Assembly: GCA_021770345.1 (NCBI GenBank)
Contig: JAETRD010000016.1
Span: 13,663-77,662 of the forward strand
Source of the DNA: Lachnospiraceae bacterium
GTDB lineage: Bacteria; Bacillota; Clostridia; Lachnospirales; Lachnospiraceae
Direction: 5' to 3'
Length of the DNA stretch: 64,000 bases
Notes under the pieces: generated by a model
What the model was told of the DNA's origin: nothing
Seen by the model: the letters and a program-made list of their open reading frames with translations, nothing else
The model's database searches: none
Position numbers and translations under genes: made by a program
Shown: piece by piece, positions 10,579 to 20,304 of the stretch
Layout of the letters: every line of letters starts with the position of its first letter
Position numbering within the stretch: position 1 is the first letter of the stretch

Positions 10579-10601
10579 ATCAGGAGCGATGCGATTATCA
10601 T
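10573..10601 (+). promoter_or_regulatory. sigmaA promoter for bioY
   Basis: TTGACA (10573)-17 bp-TATCAT (10596). Confidence 0.75.
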
Positions 10602-10682
10602 ACGAGTTAGAAACCGTTTGTATTGCCGCAGAAGCCGGAAAGAGGGGAGCGGCAGCTATTTTAGAAAAACGAGGGAAAGCGT

Positions 10683-11246
10683 ATGAAAATTTCGACGAAA
10701 ACGATTGTCACCGTGGGGATGTTTACGGCTGTTTTGAGCGTACTGTCCATCCTGACTATTCCGATGCCGACCGGTGTTCCGGTGACATTGCAGACCTTTG
10801 CGGTCGCTCTCTGCGGCTATGTGCTGGGAGCAAAGCGGGGCACGGCCTCTGCGGCGCTGTATCTTCTGATTGGAACCTTCGGCGTTCCGGTGTTTGCGGG
10901 GATGACCGGGGGCCCGTCGTGGCTGGTAAGCTACAGCGGCGGGTTCCTCTGGGGATTTCTGTTCCTTGCGGCCCTCTGCGGTCTCGGGACGGGGCGCCGT
11001 GCGGTGTTTTGCCTGCTGCCCGGACTCGCGGGACTTATCGTCTGCCATCTGTGCGGTGTCGTACAGTTTTCGATTGTGGCGTCTGTGCCGCTTCCGGCAT
11101 CCGTTCTTGCGGTATCGCTGCCGTATCTTCTGAAGGATGTGGTATCCGTCGCGGGTGCGTATTTCGTATCGCTGCCGATCCGCAGGGCACTGTCCGCCGG
11201 AAATCTTCTCGAGGATGGGACAAAGGCGGGGTATATGCGCATATAG
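10683..11246 (+). CDS. bioY: Biotin transporter BioY (ECF S-component)
   Basis: PVTLQTFAV, YLLIGTFGVPVFAG and PYLLKDV motifs; BirA site upstream. Confidence 0.92.
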   Translation: MKISTKTIVTVGMFTAVLSVLSILTIPMPTGVPVTLQTFAVALCGYVLGAKRGTASAALYLLIGTFGVPVFAGMTGGPSWLVSYSGGFLWGFLFLAALCGLGTGRRAVFCLLPGLAGLIVCHLCGVVQFSIVASVPLPASVLAVSLPYLLKDVVSVAGAYFVSLPIRRALSAGNLLEDGTKAGYMRI

Positions 11247-11292
11247 ACGTTGAATTCGGCAGGAGAAGCATTGCGGGAGGTGAAAAGACGGG

Positions 11293-11730
11293 ATGGAAAC
11301 AGAACGGGAATTTCGGGCGCATCATATAATCTGTACCGCTCTCTACGAGGGAAAGGGCTACAGTGGCGCATTTTGTGAAAACATGACGGCGGTTGTGACA
11401 CGACTCCGGGAAAATCCGGATGAGCGTCTTCGCCTGGTGGCGCGTCCGGATCTGATATGTGCGGACTGTCCGAACCACGGCGCAGACGACAGCTGTACGC
11501 AGAACCATAACCGGGTGGTAAATAAGGACCGACGGGTGATAGAGGTATTCGGATTGAAGGAGAACGGTATATATACCTACCGCGAGCTCTGCGAGGCGGC
11601 GCTTGCGGCACTTGCGCCGGAGTTTTTTATGGAAAACTGCGGAACATGCGAGTGGCGTGCACAGGGGCTCTGTAAATATGAGGACCTGACCGCGCGGCTG
11701 GCAGAGACCGCGCAGTCTGCAGGGGCGTGA
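11293..11730 (+). CDS. DUF1284-family Cys/His-rich protein
   Basis: RAHHIIC..YEGKGYS..F, DLICADCPN and C-terminal CGTCEW..C. Confidence 0.75.
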   Translation: METEREFRAHHIICTALYEGKGYSGAFCENMTAVVTRLRENPDERLRLVARPDLICADCPNHGADDSCTQNHNRVVNKDRRVIEVFGLKENGIYTYRELCEAALAALAPEFFMENCGTCEWRAQGLCKYEDLTARLAETAQSAGA

Positions 11731-11748
11731 CAGAACGGCGGCAAGTCA

Positions 11749-13008
11749 TTATTCGGTCCGCTTATTGATATAGTTTGTCCGGTATTTGGAATACATAATT
11801 TTCTGGCTGTGGTAGAGTCCGTAGTAGCCGGAGAGCATATAGCTTAAGGCTACCGACAGCAGGAAATAGGGCATTCCGTCAAAGCCGAACAGCTCAAAAC
11901 TGATGAGCAGCGAGGTGATCGGGCAGTTGGTGACGCCGCAGAAGACGGCGGACATGCCGACGGCGGTGCACAGAGCCGGAGAAAAGCCGGTAATGCTGCC
12001 GAACAGGCATCCGAAGGCCGCTCCGGTAAAGAAGGTGGGGACAATCTCGCCGCCTTTGTAACCGGCGCCGATCGTGAGCGCAGTAAATATCATTTTCAGA
12101 AGAAAGGCGGCGGGAATCACGCCGCCTTTTAAAAAGCGGGGAATCAGATCCATTCCGGCGCCGTTGTAAGTCTGGTCGCCAACGAGAAGCGTCAGGACAA
12201 TGAGAATGCAGCCGCCTGCCGCAGCCCGGACATAGGGGTTTTTGAAAAGCTTCTTATATAATGCTTCGGTCTGATGCAGCAGAATACAAAATGCGATGCT
12301 GACAAACGCGCAGAGCACGGCAAACACGGAGATGACGACCGCCGTGCCGACGGTAAACTCCGGCAGCCTGCCGACGGAAAAGTGCTCGGCGGGGACTCCG
12401 AGGGAGGCGGCGATGCCGTGGGCGATCAGCGATGCGATGACGCACGGAACGAGTGCGGAATAGTGCATGATGCCGACGCTGACGACTTCCATCGAAAAAA
12501 TAGCGGCGGCCATCGGGGTTCCGAACAGCGCCGAAAACGCGGCTGACATGCCGCACATGATCATGATATGTTTGTCCTTCTCGTCAAAGCCGAACAGCTT
12601 GCCCAGACCGCTGCCGATGCTTCCGCCGAGCTGGAGCGCAGCTCCCTCCCGTCCTGCGGAGCCGCCGAACAGATGGGTGATCAGTGTGGAGATAAATATG
12701 AGCGGAGCCATGCGCAGCGGGATGTTGTCTCCTGACTGGATGGCGGAGAGCACCAGATTGGTGCCCGAATCCTTTTCGTTGTGAGAGAGATGATAAAGTC
12801 CCACGATCATCAGGCCGCCGATGGGGAGAAGGAAAATCAGCCATGGATTCTTGGCGCGCAGCAGCGTCACAAATGACATGGAAAAGTGGAACAGTGTTCC
12901 GACGGAACCTACGACAATGCCGGAAATCACGGAAAAAATAATCGATTTGCAGGAGCTGAGCATCCGACGAGCCGTTTGCTCTGCCCTGTGTTTAAGCAGT
13001 TCTCTCAT
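11749..13008 (-). CDS. CLC-family chloride/fluoride channel-transporter
   Basis: GGSAGREGAALQLG, FGTPMAAAIF and GGEIVPTF motifs; multiple TM segments. Confidence 0.88.
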   Translation of the reverse strand: MRELLKHRAEQTARRMLSSCKSIIFSVISGIVVGSVGTLFHFSMSFVTLLRAKNPWLIFLLPIGGLMIVGLYHLSHNEKDSGTNLVLSAIQSGDNIPLRMAPLIFISTLITHLFGGSAGREGAALQLGGSIGSGLGKLFGFDEKDKHIMIMCGMSAAFSALFGTPMAAAIFSMEVVSVGIMHYSALVPCVIASLIAHGIAASLGVPAEHFSVGRLPEFTVGTAVVISVFAVLCAFVSIAFCILLHQTEALYKKLFKNPYVRAAAGGCILIVLTLLVGDQTYNGAGMDLIPRFLKGGVIPAAFLLKMIFTALTIGAGYKGGEIVPTFFTGAAFGCLFGSITGFSPALCTAVGMSAVFCGVTNCPITSLLISFELFGFDGMPYFLLSVALSYMLSGYYGLYHSQKIMYSKYRTNYINKRTE

Positions 13009-13048
13009 AATCGCATCAGACCTTTCTGGACATGTGAATCACAGTTAA

Positions 13049-13077
13049 ATTTTAACATTATCCCGCGGGATTTACAA
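13049..13077 (-). promoter_or_regulatory. sigmaA promoter for CLC gene
   Basis: Minus strand TTGTAA-17 bp-TAAAAT with TG extension; the spacer contains the 12-bp palindrome ATCCCGCGGGAT. Confidence 0.55.
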
Positions 13078-13224
13078 GCTTCGCACGGCGGGGATAGCGC
13101 TCCGAAAAACGGATATACTATAAGTAGAACAGGAAACATGACGGTGCACGGACGGAGCGTTGTACAAATCATACAAAAACGGGCCTGGAAAGTTGTATAA
13201 AATATGGAAAAAGACAAAAGGGTA

Positions 13225-13253
13225 TTGCATTTTTTCTCTTTAGGAAATATAAT
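13225..13253 (+). promoter_or_regulatory. sigmaA promoter for sugar ABC operon
   Basis: TTGCAT-17 bp-TATAAT. Confidence 0.7.
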
Positions 13254-13264
13254 TTGACTATCAG

Positions 13265-13301
13265 CTGGAAACGTTACCGGTAATGATACCGGAAACGTTC
13301 T
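13265..13301. promoter_or_regulatory. LacI-family / cre-like operators
   Basis: GGAAACGTTACC (13267), overlapping CGTTACCGGTAATG and GGAAACGTTCT (13291) just downstream of the -10; a LacI gene lies in the same cluster. Confidence 0.6.
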
Positions 13302-13340
13302 AAAACAAGGTTGAACAAATTTTTCAGGAGGGTAATTATT

Positions 13341-14786
13341 ATGAAAAGAAAAGTGTTATCCGTAATGCTTGCTACCGCAATGACAGCGACTTTATTTGCC
13401 GGCTGCGGCGGAGACGACAAGACGCAGGAGGGTGGCTCCACGACTCCGGCACCGGCCGGAACAGAGGACGGCGCGGATGCGGGCGCAGACGCAGGTGCGG
13501 CAGATGCGGGCAGCCAGACGGCATCCGGCGGTTCCGTATACTATTTGAACTTCAAGCCGGAGCAGAACGATGCATGGCAGGAGCTTGCGGCGACATACAC
13601 GGAGCAGACCGGCGTGGAAGTAACCGTTATCACGGCTGCAGACGGTACTTACGAGCAGACCTTAAAGTCTGAGATTGTAAAAGAGGAGGCGCCGACACTG
13701 TTTCAGGTGAACGGACCGGTCGGACTTGCAAGCTGGAAAGACTACTGCATGGATTTATCCGGATCGGAGATTTTCTCCCATCTGACGAACGAGGGCTACG
13801 CGCTGAAAAACGATGCGGGCGAGGTTTCCGGTATCGCATATGTGGTTGAAACCTACGGTATCATCTACAACAAGAAAATTCTGAACGATTACTGCACAAT
13901 GGACAACGCGGTGATCGCTTCCGTTGACGAGATTAACAATTTTGAGACCTTAAAGGCAGTGGCGGACGACATTCAGGCAAGATTGGACGAGATTAACGAT
14001 GCGTTTGGCTATGAGCTGAAGGGTGCGTTTACCTCCGCAGGTATGGACGGTTCTTCCGACTGGAGATTTAAGACGCATCTTGCAAATCTTCCGATTTACT
14101 ATGAGTATCAGGAGAAGGGAATCAGTACCACTGACGCCATCGAGGGCACTTACCTTGACAAGTACAAACAGATGTGGGATCTGTACATCACAGATGCGAC
14201 CTGCGAGCCCGGACTTCTTTCCAGCAAGACCGGCGACGAGGCGGAGTCCGAGTTCGGTATGGAAGAGGCAGTGTTCTACCAGAACGGTACCTGGGAGTAC
14301 GGCAACCTGACAAACGAGGATAACGGTTATCTGGTAACAGCGGAAGACATGAGCATGATGCCGATCTACATCGGTGTCGAGGGCGAGGAGAATCAGGGCC
14401 TTTGCTCGGGTTCCGAGAACTACTGGTGCGTAAACAGCAAGGCATCCGCTGAGGATCAGCAGGCGACTCTGGATTTCTTAAACTGGGTCATCACCTCCGA
14501 CGAGGGACGTGATTCTATGGCAAACGTAATGGGATTCACAACTCCGTTTGATACGTTTGCAGACGGCTATGTGGCTGACAACGTATTTATTCAGGCAGAC
14601 GCTGCTTATACGGCGGCAGGCAAAACCCCGGTGGCATGGTGCTTTACGACGATGCCGTCCGAGAACTGGAAGAACGGCGTAGGTTCCGCACTGCTCGAGT
14701 ACGCGCAGGGAACCGGCGACTGGGCTGCTGTTGAGAGCGCATTCGTAGAGGGATGGGCAACCGAGTATGCGGCGGTAAACAACTAA
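13341..14786 (+). CDS. Carbohydrate ABC transporter substrate-binding lipoprotein (probably maltodextrin/alpha-glucan)
   Basis: Lipobox LFAGC, low-complexity linker, YYLNFKPE, FYQNGTW; RBS GGAGG; clustered with malQ. Confidence 0.88.
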   Translation: MKRKVLSVMLATAMTATLFAGCGGDDKTQEGGSTTPAPAGTEDGADAGADAGAADAGSQTASGGSVYYLNFKPEQNDAWQELAATYTEQTGVEVTVITAADGTYEQTLKSEIVKEEAPTLFQVNGPVGLASWKDYCMDLSGSEIFSHLTNEGYALKNDAGEVSGIAYVVETYGIIYNKKILNDYCTMDNAVIASVDEINNFETLKAVADDIQARLDEINDAFGYELKGAFTSAGMDGSSDWRFKTHLANLPIYYEYQEKGISTTDAIEGTYLDKYKQMWDLYITDATCEPGLLSSKTGDEAESEFGMEEAVFYQNGTWEYGNLTNEDNGYLVTAEDMSMMPIYIGVEGEENQGLCSGSENYWCVNSKASAEDQQATLDFLNWVITSDEGRDSMANVMGFTTPFDTFADGYVADNVFIQADAAYTAAGKTPVAWCFTTMPSENWKNGVGSALLEYAQGTGDWAAVESAFVEGWATEYAAVNN

Positions 14787-14803
14787 GAAGATTCTAAAAC
14801 AAC

Positions 14804-14868
14804 GGGCTGCATGTTTCGCGGCAGCCCTTATGTTCAACCAAAAGGGTGGGGAGGATGCGCCCCACCCT
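14804..14868 (+). other. Intercistronic hairpins after the substrate-binding gene
   Basis: GGGCTGC/GCAGCCC and AGGGTGGGG/CCCCACCCT stems; a common position for mRNA-stabilising hairpins. Confidence 0.55.
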
Positions 14869-14893
14869 GTATTTTTTGAGAGGATGGAAGACT

Positions 14894-15736
14894 ATGGAGA
14901 AAGCGATAAAGAGATATTTTCCTATTTTTGCACTCCCGACGATAGCGGCTTTTACACTGGGTTTTATAGTTCCTTTTCTTATGGGTATCTATTTATCATT
15001 TTGTGAATTTACCACGATAACCGACACGAAATTTGTAGGATTGAAAAATTATATCAGAATTTTTTCTGACCCCACGTTTCTTCATGCGCTCTGGTTTACC
15101 GCACTGTTCACGGTGGTATCGGTGCTCACGATCAATGTCTTTGCATTTATCATTGCGATGCTCTTAACAAAGGGAATTAAGGGGACAAATTTTTTCCGTA
15201 CCGTATTCTTCATGCCGAACCTGATCGGCGGTATCGTGCTCGGCTATATCTGGCAGATTCTTCTGAACGGTATTCTCGCAAATTTCGGGAGGACTTTGAC
15301 TTACAGCGGTACCTACGGATTCTGGGGACTGATTGTGCTGATGAACTGGCAGCAGATCGGATATATGATGATTATCTATATCGCCGGAATCCAGAATGTG
15401 CCGGGAGAGCTGATTGAGGCTGCAAAAATCGACGGCGCGACCAATTGGCAGGTATTAAAGAATGTGACGATTCCGATGGTGATGCCGTCGATTACAATCT
15501 GCTCGTTTCTGACGCTGACAAATTCGTTTAAGCTGTTTGACCAGAACCTTGCGCTGACGGCCGGCGAGCCGTCAAACAGTTCCCAGATGGTCGCGCTCAA
15601 TATTTTTGAGACCTTCTACACCAGGACCGGATGGGAGGGCGCAGGCCAGGCGAAAGCAGTGATCTTCTTTATCATTGTGGCCGCAATCGCAATGGCACAG
15701 AACCGTATGACAAGAAGTAAGGAGGTGCAGCAGTAA
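14894..15736 (+). CDS. Carbohydrate ABC transporter permease
   Basis: EAA motif LIEAAKIDGA; TM helices. Confidence 0.92.
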   Translation: MEKAIKRYFPIFALPTIAAFTLGFIVPFLMGIYLSFCEFTTITDTKFVGLKNYIRIFSDPTFLHALWFTALFTVVSVLTINVFAFIIAMLLTKGIKGTNFFRTVFFMPNLIGGIVLGYIWQILLNGILANFGRTLTYSGTYGFWGLIVLMNWQQIGYMMIIYIAGIQNVPGELIEAAKIDGATNWQVLKNVTIPMVMPSITICSFLTLTNSFKLFDQNLALTAGEPSNSSQMVALNIFETFYTRTGWEGAGQAKAVIFFIIVAAIAMAQNRMTRSKEVQQ

Positions 15737-16602
15737 TGGCAAAAAATGCAGACAATCAGGTAAGCGCAGTAAGAAAAGCAAAGCATGGCTGGGTGTTGAC
15801 ACTGTTCTTTTCCGTGCTGACCGTATTTTATATCTATCCGATTTTCCTTGTGCTTATCAACGCCTTCAAGAAAAAGGGATTTATCACAAAGGAGCCTTTT
15901 GCACTGCCGAGTGAGCGCTCGTTCTTCGCACTGAAAAACTTTGTCAACGGGATTGAAAAGACGAATTTCTTTGCCGCTGTCGGGAATTCGGTGATTATCA
16001 CTGTGGGTTCCGTGCTTGTGATCGTGATCTGTACTTCCATGTGCGCGTGGTATATCACCCGGGTAAAGAATAAGCTTACGTCCACGGTCTATACGCTGTG
16101 CCTGTTTTCGATGATTGTGCCGTTCCAGATGGTGATGTTTTCGCTGTCAAAGCTGGCGAATATGATGCGTCTCTCCAACCCGATCGGTATTATCGTCGTG
16201 TATCTGGGATTTGGCGCGGGACTGGCGGTGTTCATGTTCTGCGGATTTGTCAAGAGTATTCCGTTAGAGATTGAGGAGGCGGCCATGATCGACGGCTGCA
16301 CGCCGATTCAGACGTTTTTCCAGGTCGTATTCCCGATTATGAAGCCGACGACGATCACCGTGTCGATTCTGCAGGCAATGTGGATCTGGAACGATTACCT
16401 TCTCCCGTATCTCGTGCTCGACCTGAAAAAATACAAGACGGTTCCGATCGTCATCCAGTACCTGAAAGGCGGCTACGGTGCAGTGGACTGGGGGACGATG
16501 ATGGCGATGCTGGTGCTTGCGATTATCCCGATTATCATTTTCTATATCGCGTGTCAGAAGTATATCATTGAAGGCGTTGTTGCAGGGGCAGTCAAGGGAT
16601 AA
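15736..16602 (+). CDS. Carbohydrate ABC transporter permease
   Basis: EAA motif IEEAAMIDGC, WNDY; TAATG stop/start overlap. Confidence 0.92.
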   Translation: MAKNADNQVSAVRKAKHGWVLTLFFSVLTVFYIYPIFLVLINAFKKKGFITKEPFALPSERSFFALKNFVNGIEKTNFFAAVGNSVIITVGSVLVIVICTSMCAWYITRVKNKLTSTVYTLCLFSMIVPFQMVMFSLSKLANMMRLSNPIGIIVVYLGFGAGLAVFMFCGFVKSIPLEIEEAAMIDGCTPIQTFFQVVFPIMKPTTITVSILQAMWIWNDYLLPYLVLDLKKYKTVPIVIQYLKGGYGAVDWGTMMAMLVLAIIPIIIFYIACQKYIIEGVVAGAVKG

Positions 16603-16691
16603 ACAGAATATACCCATTCAGGAGATCTTTGATGGAATGAATTCCTTCCGGGAGACATTCTGTTGAATAAGCTCCTGAAATTAGAAAAATT

Positions 16692-17717
16692 ATGGAGAAG
16701 CGTATGGTAACGATTAAGGATATCGCCCGGGAGTCCGGATATTCCGTCAGCACGGTTTCCCGTGTGCTGAACCGTCGCAATGATGTGAGTCCGGACGCCA
16801 AAAAGAAAATAGAAGAGGTTGTCGAACGGTTTCATTTTACTCCGAACAATAACGCCAAACAGTTAAAGCAGAACAATTCCAAGTCCATCGGGGTGATTGT
16901 CAAGGGTATCTCCAATATGCTGTTTGCCAATATTGTGGAGGAAATCCAGAAGATGATCGAGAAGACGGACTACACGCTGGTCATGTCCTATCTCGACGAG
17001 GACGACGACGAGGTAGAACAGGCGACGCTGCTGTGCAGAGAGCGCAAGCCGATCGGGCTTTTGTTTCTCGGGGGAAATCCGGAGTTCTTTAAAAAGGAAT
17101 TTGCGGGGGTGGATGTGCCCTGTGTCCTCGTGACCAACCGTGCGGATAAGCTGGGCTATGCAAATCTTTCGAGCGTGGCGACAGACGATATTGCGGCGGG
17201 GCGCTGCGCCGTGGATGCGCTGTTTGCGGCAGGACATGAGAAAATCGGCATTCTCGGCGGTAATCTCGAGAAATCCTATACGAGCCGCCAGCGTTTTCTG
17301 GGCTGTCAGGAGAGTTTCCTTGCGCATGGCAGGGAGATTGAAATGGAGAAGTGTTACGAGAAGGCACATTTCTCCTTTGAAAGCGGCTACCGCGGTATGA
17401 ACCGCCTTGTCGAGAAGTTTCCGGATGTGACGGCGGTATTTGTGATGTCAGATGTGATGGCAATCGGCGCAATTCGGGCATTGCGGGACAGAGGTCTTCT
17501 GGTACCGGAAAATATTTCCGTGGTTGGGTTTGACGGAACGACGTTAGCGGAGTATTATAATCCTAAGATCGCTACGGTAAAGCAGCAGTATCAGACGCTG
17601 GCTTCCCGGAGTGTGGAAATTCTGTTCGGGCAGATTGAGTTGAAGCAGGATGCGGTTCACGAGCTGGTGCCGTTTGAGTTTGTAAGCGGCGAGAGCGTGC
17701 GTGCACAAGAAGAATAA
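16692..17717 (+). CDS. LacI-family transcriptional regulator
   Basis: TIKDIARESGYSVSTVSRVLN HTH; SVVGFDG. Confidence 0.92.
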   Translation: MEKRMVTIKDIARESGYSVSTVSRVLNRRNDVSPDAKKKIEEVVERFHFTPNNNAKQLKQNNSKSIGVIVKGISNMLFANIVEEIQKMIEKTDYTLVMSYLDEDDDEVEQATLLCRERKPIGLLFLGGNPEFFKKEFAGVDVPCVLVTNRADKLGYANLSSVATDDIAAGRCAVDALFAAGHEKIGILGGNLEKSYTSRQRFLGCQESFLAHGREIEMEKCYEKAHFSFESGYRGMNRLVEKFPDVTAVFVMSDVMAIGAIRALRDRGLLVPENISVVGFDGTTLAEYYNPKIATVKQQYQTLASRSVEILFGQIELKQDAVHELVPFEFVSGESVRAQEE

Positions 17718-17742
17718 AAATCGGTATTTTTGGAGGAATGTT

Positions 17743-19266
17743 ATGAGAACGAGTGGTATATTGATGCATATTTCATCCCTGCCGTCCCCATACGGAATCG
17801 GAACGATGGGAAAGGAAGCGAGAAAATTTGCGGATTTTCTGGAAAAGGCGGGCCAGAAATACTGGCAGATACTGCCGATCTGTCCGACGAGTTATGGGGA
17901 TTCGCCATACCAGTCTTTCTCAAGTTTTGCGGGAAATCCCTATTTTATAGATCTGGAATATCTGTGTAAGGAAAAGCTTCTGAAAAAGAAGGAGTGCGAG
18001 TCCTATCCGTGGGGGAAAGACCCGCAGAAGGTGGACTACGGCGTTCTTTACGATTCCCGTTACAAGCTTCTGCGCCACGCATACAGGCGCTTTGTGAAAC
18101 AGGAGCCGGAGGATTTCGGGAAGTTCTGTGACGACGAGGCGGACTGGCTGGACGATTATGCGCTTTTTATGGCGTTAAAGGATGCGAACGGCGGTGCGGC
18201 GTGGTTTACCTGGGACAGGGAATTAAAGACCAGAGAGGAAAAAGCCATAAAGAAGGCGAGAAAGAAATATGCCGAAGATATCCGCTTTTATCAGATGCTT
18301 CAGTATCTGTTCTTTAAACAGTGGCGGGAGCTGAAGGCCTATGTCAACGATAAGGGAATCGAGATTATCGGCGACGTCCCGATTTATGTGGCCGGGGACA
18401 GCGCAGATGTCTGGGCCAATCCGAAACAGTTTTATCTGAATGAAGAACTCGATCCGATTGACGTGGCAGGCTGTCCGCCGGACGCATTTTCGGCGGACGG
18501 ACAGCTCTGGGGGAATCCGCTGTTCCGCTGGGATGTGATGAAGGCGGACGATTACACCTGGTGGACAAAGCGCGTGCAGGCGATGGCGAAGCTGTATGAT
18601 ATTGTACGCATCGACCATTTCCGCGGTTTTGATTCGTATTATGCGATTCCCGCCGGGGACAAGACGGCGAAGAACGGGGAGTGGCGCGAGGGTCCGGGGA
18701 TGGATCTGTTCCGTGTGCTCGAGGAGAAGCTTGGGAAGCTGAACATCATCGTGGAGGATCTGGGATTTTTGACGCCTTCCGTGTTAAAGCTGGTGGAGGA
18801 CTCGGGATTCCCCGGAATGAAAGTCATCCAGTTTGCGTTTGACTCGCGGGAGGGCAGCAATTATCTGCCGCACACCTACGGGCAGCACTGCGTGGTGTAT
18901 ACCGGAACGCACGATAACGACACGCTGCTCGGATGGATGGAAAGCGCACCGAAAGACAGCGTAAAGTTTGCAAAGGAATATCTGAATCTCACGAAGAAGG
19001 AAGGTTACAACTGGGGCATGATGCGGGGCGCGTGGGCGTCCGTCGGCGATCTGGCAGTCGTGCCGATGCAGGATGTGATCGGCCTCGGGGGCGAGGCGCG
19101 GATGAATACGCCTTCCACGCTGGGAGGGAACTGGCTGTGGCGCGCGATGCCGGAGCAGATTGACAGGAAGACGGCGAAGCGTCTTTATAAATATATGGAG
19201 ATGTACGGGCGTCTCTGGAAGGTAAAAAAGGCGAAGAAAACGAAGAAAGAGAAGGAGAACACATAA
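17743..19266 (+). CDS. malQ: 4-alpha-glucanotransferase (GH77)
   Basis: GILMHISSLPS, YGDSPYQS, RIDHFRGF, EDLG, YTGTHDN; RBS GGAGG. Confidence 0.95.
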   Translation: MRTSGILMHISSLPSPYGIGTMGKEARKFADFLEKAGQKYWQILPICPTSYGDSPYQSFSSFAGNPYFIDLEYLCKEKLLKKKECESYPWGKDPQKVDYGVLYDSRYKLLRHAYRRFVKQEPEDFGKFCDDEADWLDDYALFMALKDANGGAAWFTWDRELKTREEKAIKKARKKYAEDIRFYQMLQYLFFKQWRELKAYVNDKGIEIIGDVPIYVAGDSADVWANPKQFYLNEELDPIDVAGCPPDAFSADGQLWGNPLFRWDVMKADDYTWWTKRVQAMAKLYDIVRIDHFRGFDSYYAIPAGDKTAKNGEWREGPGMDLFRVLEEKLGKLNIIVEDLGFLTPSVLKLVEDSGFPGMKVIQFAFDSREGSNYLPHTYGQHCVVYTGTHDNDTLLGWMESAPKDSVKFAKEYLNLTKKEGYNWGMMRGAWASVGDLAVVPMQDVIGLGGEARMNTPSTLGGNWLWRAMPEQIDRKTAKRLYKYMEMYGRLWKVKKAKKTKKEKENT

Positions 19267-19291
19267 GAAACCGCGAAAGGAGTATCGCCGG

Positions 19292-20230
19292 ATGCTGTAT
19301 TTGATCGTGAATGAAAAGTCGAGGAGCGGAAAGGGCGCCGAAATCTGGAGAGAGGTCCGGGCGATGCTCGACGCGGAGCATATCCGCTATCAGGCACAGA
19401 GCACGGAGTATGAGGGGCATGCACGCCTGCTCGCGGAGGAAATCTGCAAGAAGGAGGACGGGGACATCTGTCTGGTGGTGCTCGGCGGGGACGGCACGGC
19501 GAACGAGGTGCTAAACGGGATGAATCATTTCGAGCGGGTGCGTTTCGGGACGATTCCGACAGGCTCCGGCAACGATCTGGCAAGGGGACTTCACATCGCC
19601 GGGACACCGACGGAGAACCTGCGTCAGATTTTGGACTGCATGGCAAAGCCCAGGGAGGAGAATCTCTGTATGGATTTGGGGCAGGTCAGCTGGAACGGCT
19701 GCGAGCGTCCGAGGCTCTTTGCGATCAGTTCCGGCGTCGGGCTTGATGCGCTCGTGTGTAAAAAGGCGCTCAGGTCGAAGCTGAAAGACTTTCTCAACAA
19801 GGTACATCTGGGAAAACTGACGTATGTGTTTCTCACGGTAGCCTCGCTGTTTTCGATGGAGACAGTGGATGCCGCCGTTCAGGCGGAGCGGAGCAGGCCG
19901 CGGCGGATGCCGCGTGTGATCTATGCCGCGGCGATGAATTTTGCCGCGGAGGGCGGCGGTGTGCCGATGGCTCCGGAGGCAGATGCCGCGGACGGTCTGC
20001 TGTCGGTGTGCTGTGCGTTTGGCATTCCGAAGTGGCGCACGTTTTTTTATCTGCCGTTTCTTGTGGCCGGAAAGCATACGGGAATTCATGGTTTTGAGGT
20101 GAATGACTGCAGGACGTTCCGGATAAAATCAGAAAAACCGATGGTACTGCATGCGGACGGAGAGTACTGCGGCGACGTGACCGAGGCGGTTTTTACCTGT
20201 CTGCCGCGCAGACTTTGCGTGCTGCGGTGA
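19292..20230 (+). CDS. Diacylglycerol kinase-family lipid kinase
   Basis: NEKSRSG, GGDGTANEV, PTGSGNDLAR, HADGE. Confidence 0.88.
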   Translation: MLYLIVNEKSRSGKGAEIWREVRAMLDAEHIRYQAQSTEYEGHARLLAEEICKKEDGDICLVVLGGDGTANEVLNGMNHFERVRFGTIPTGSGNDLARGLHIAGTPTENLRQILDCMAKPREENLCMDLGQVSWNGCERPRLFAISSGVGLDALVCKKALRSKLKDFLNKVHLGKLTYVFLTVASLFSMETVDAAVQAERSRPRRMPRVIYAAAMNFAAEGGGVPMAPEADAADGLLSVCCAFGIPKWRTFFYLPFLVAGKHTGIHGFEVNDCRTFRIKSEKPMVLHADGEYCGDVTEAVFTCLPRRLCVLR

Positions 20231-20247
20231 ACCTGGATTGTAAAACA

Positions 20248-20277
20248 GTCATAATCGAAACACCCCTTTCATACATT
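20248..20277 (+). promoter_or_regulatory. sigmaE-type sporulation promoter of spoIVA
   Basis: GTCATAAT-14 bp-CATACATT matches the sigmaE consensus; spoIVA is sigmaE-dependent in Firmicutes. Confidence 0.75.
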
Positions 20278-20304
20278 TTAAGTAAGTATGGAAGGGGCAT
20301 TTTT

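Noticed and set aside
10589-11329. 246-aa plus-strand ORF overlapping bioY
   Set aside because: Alternate frame of bioY with Arg/Gly/Cys-biased composition.
13009-13200. Fluoride riboswitch upstream of the CLC gene
   Set aside because: No GGCGATG/GGTGATG...GCTGATGA...CCTAC pattern on the minus strand.
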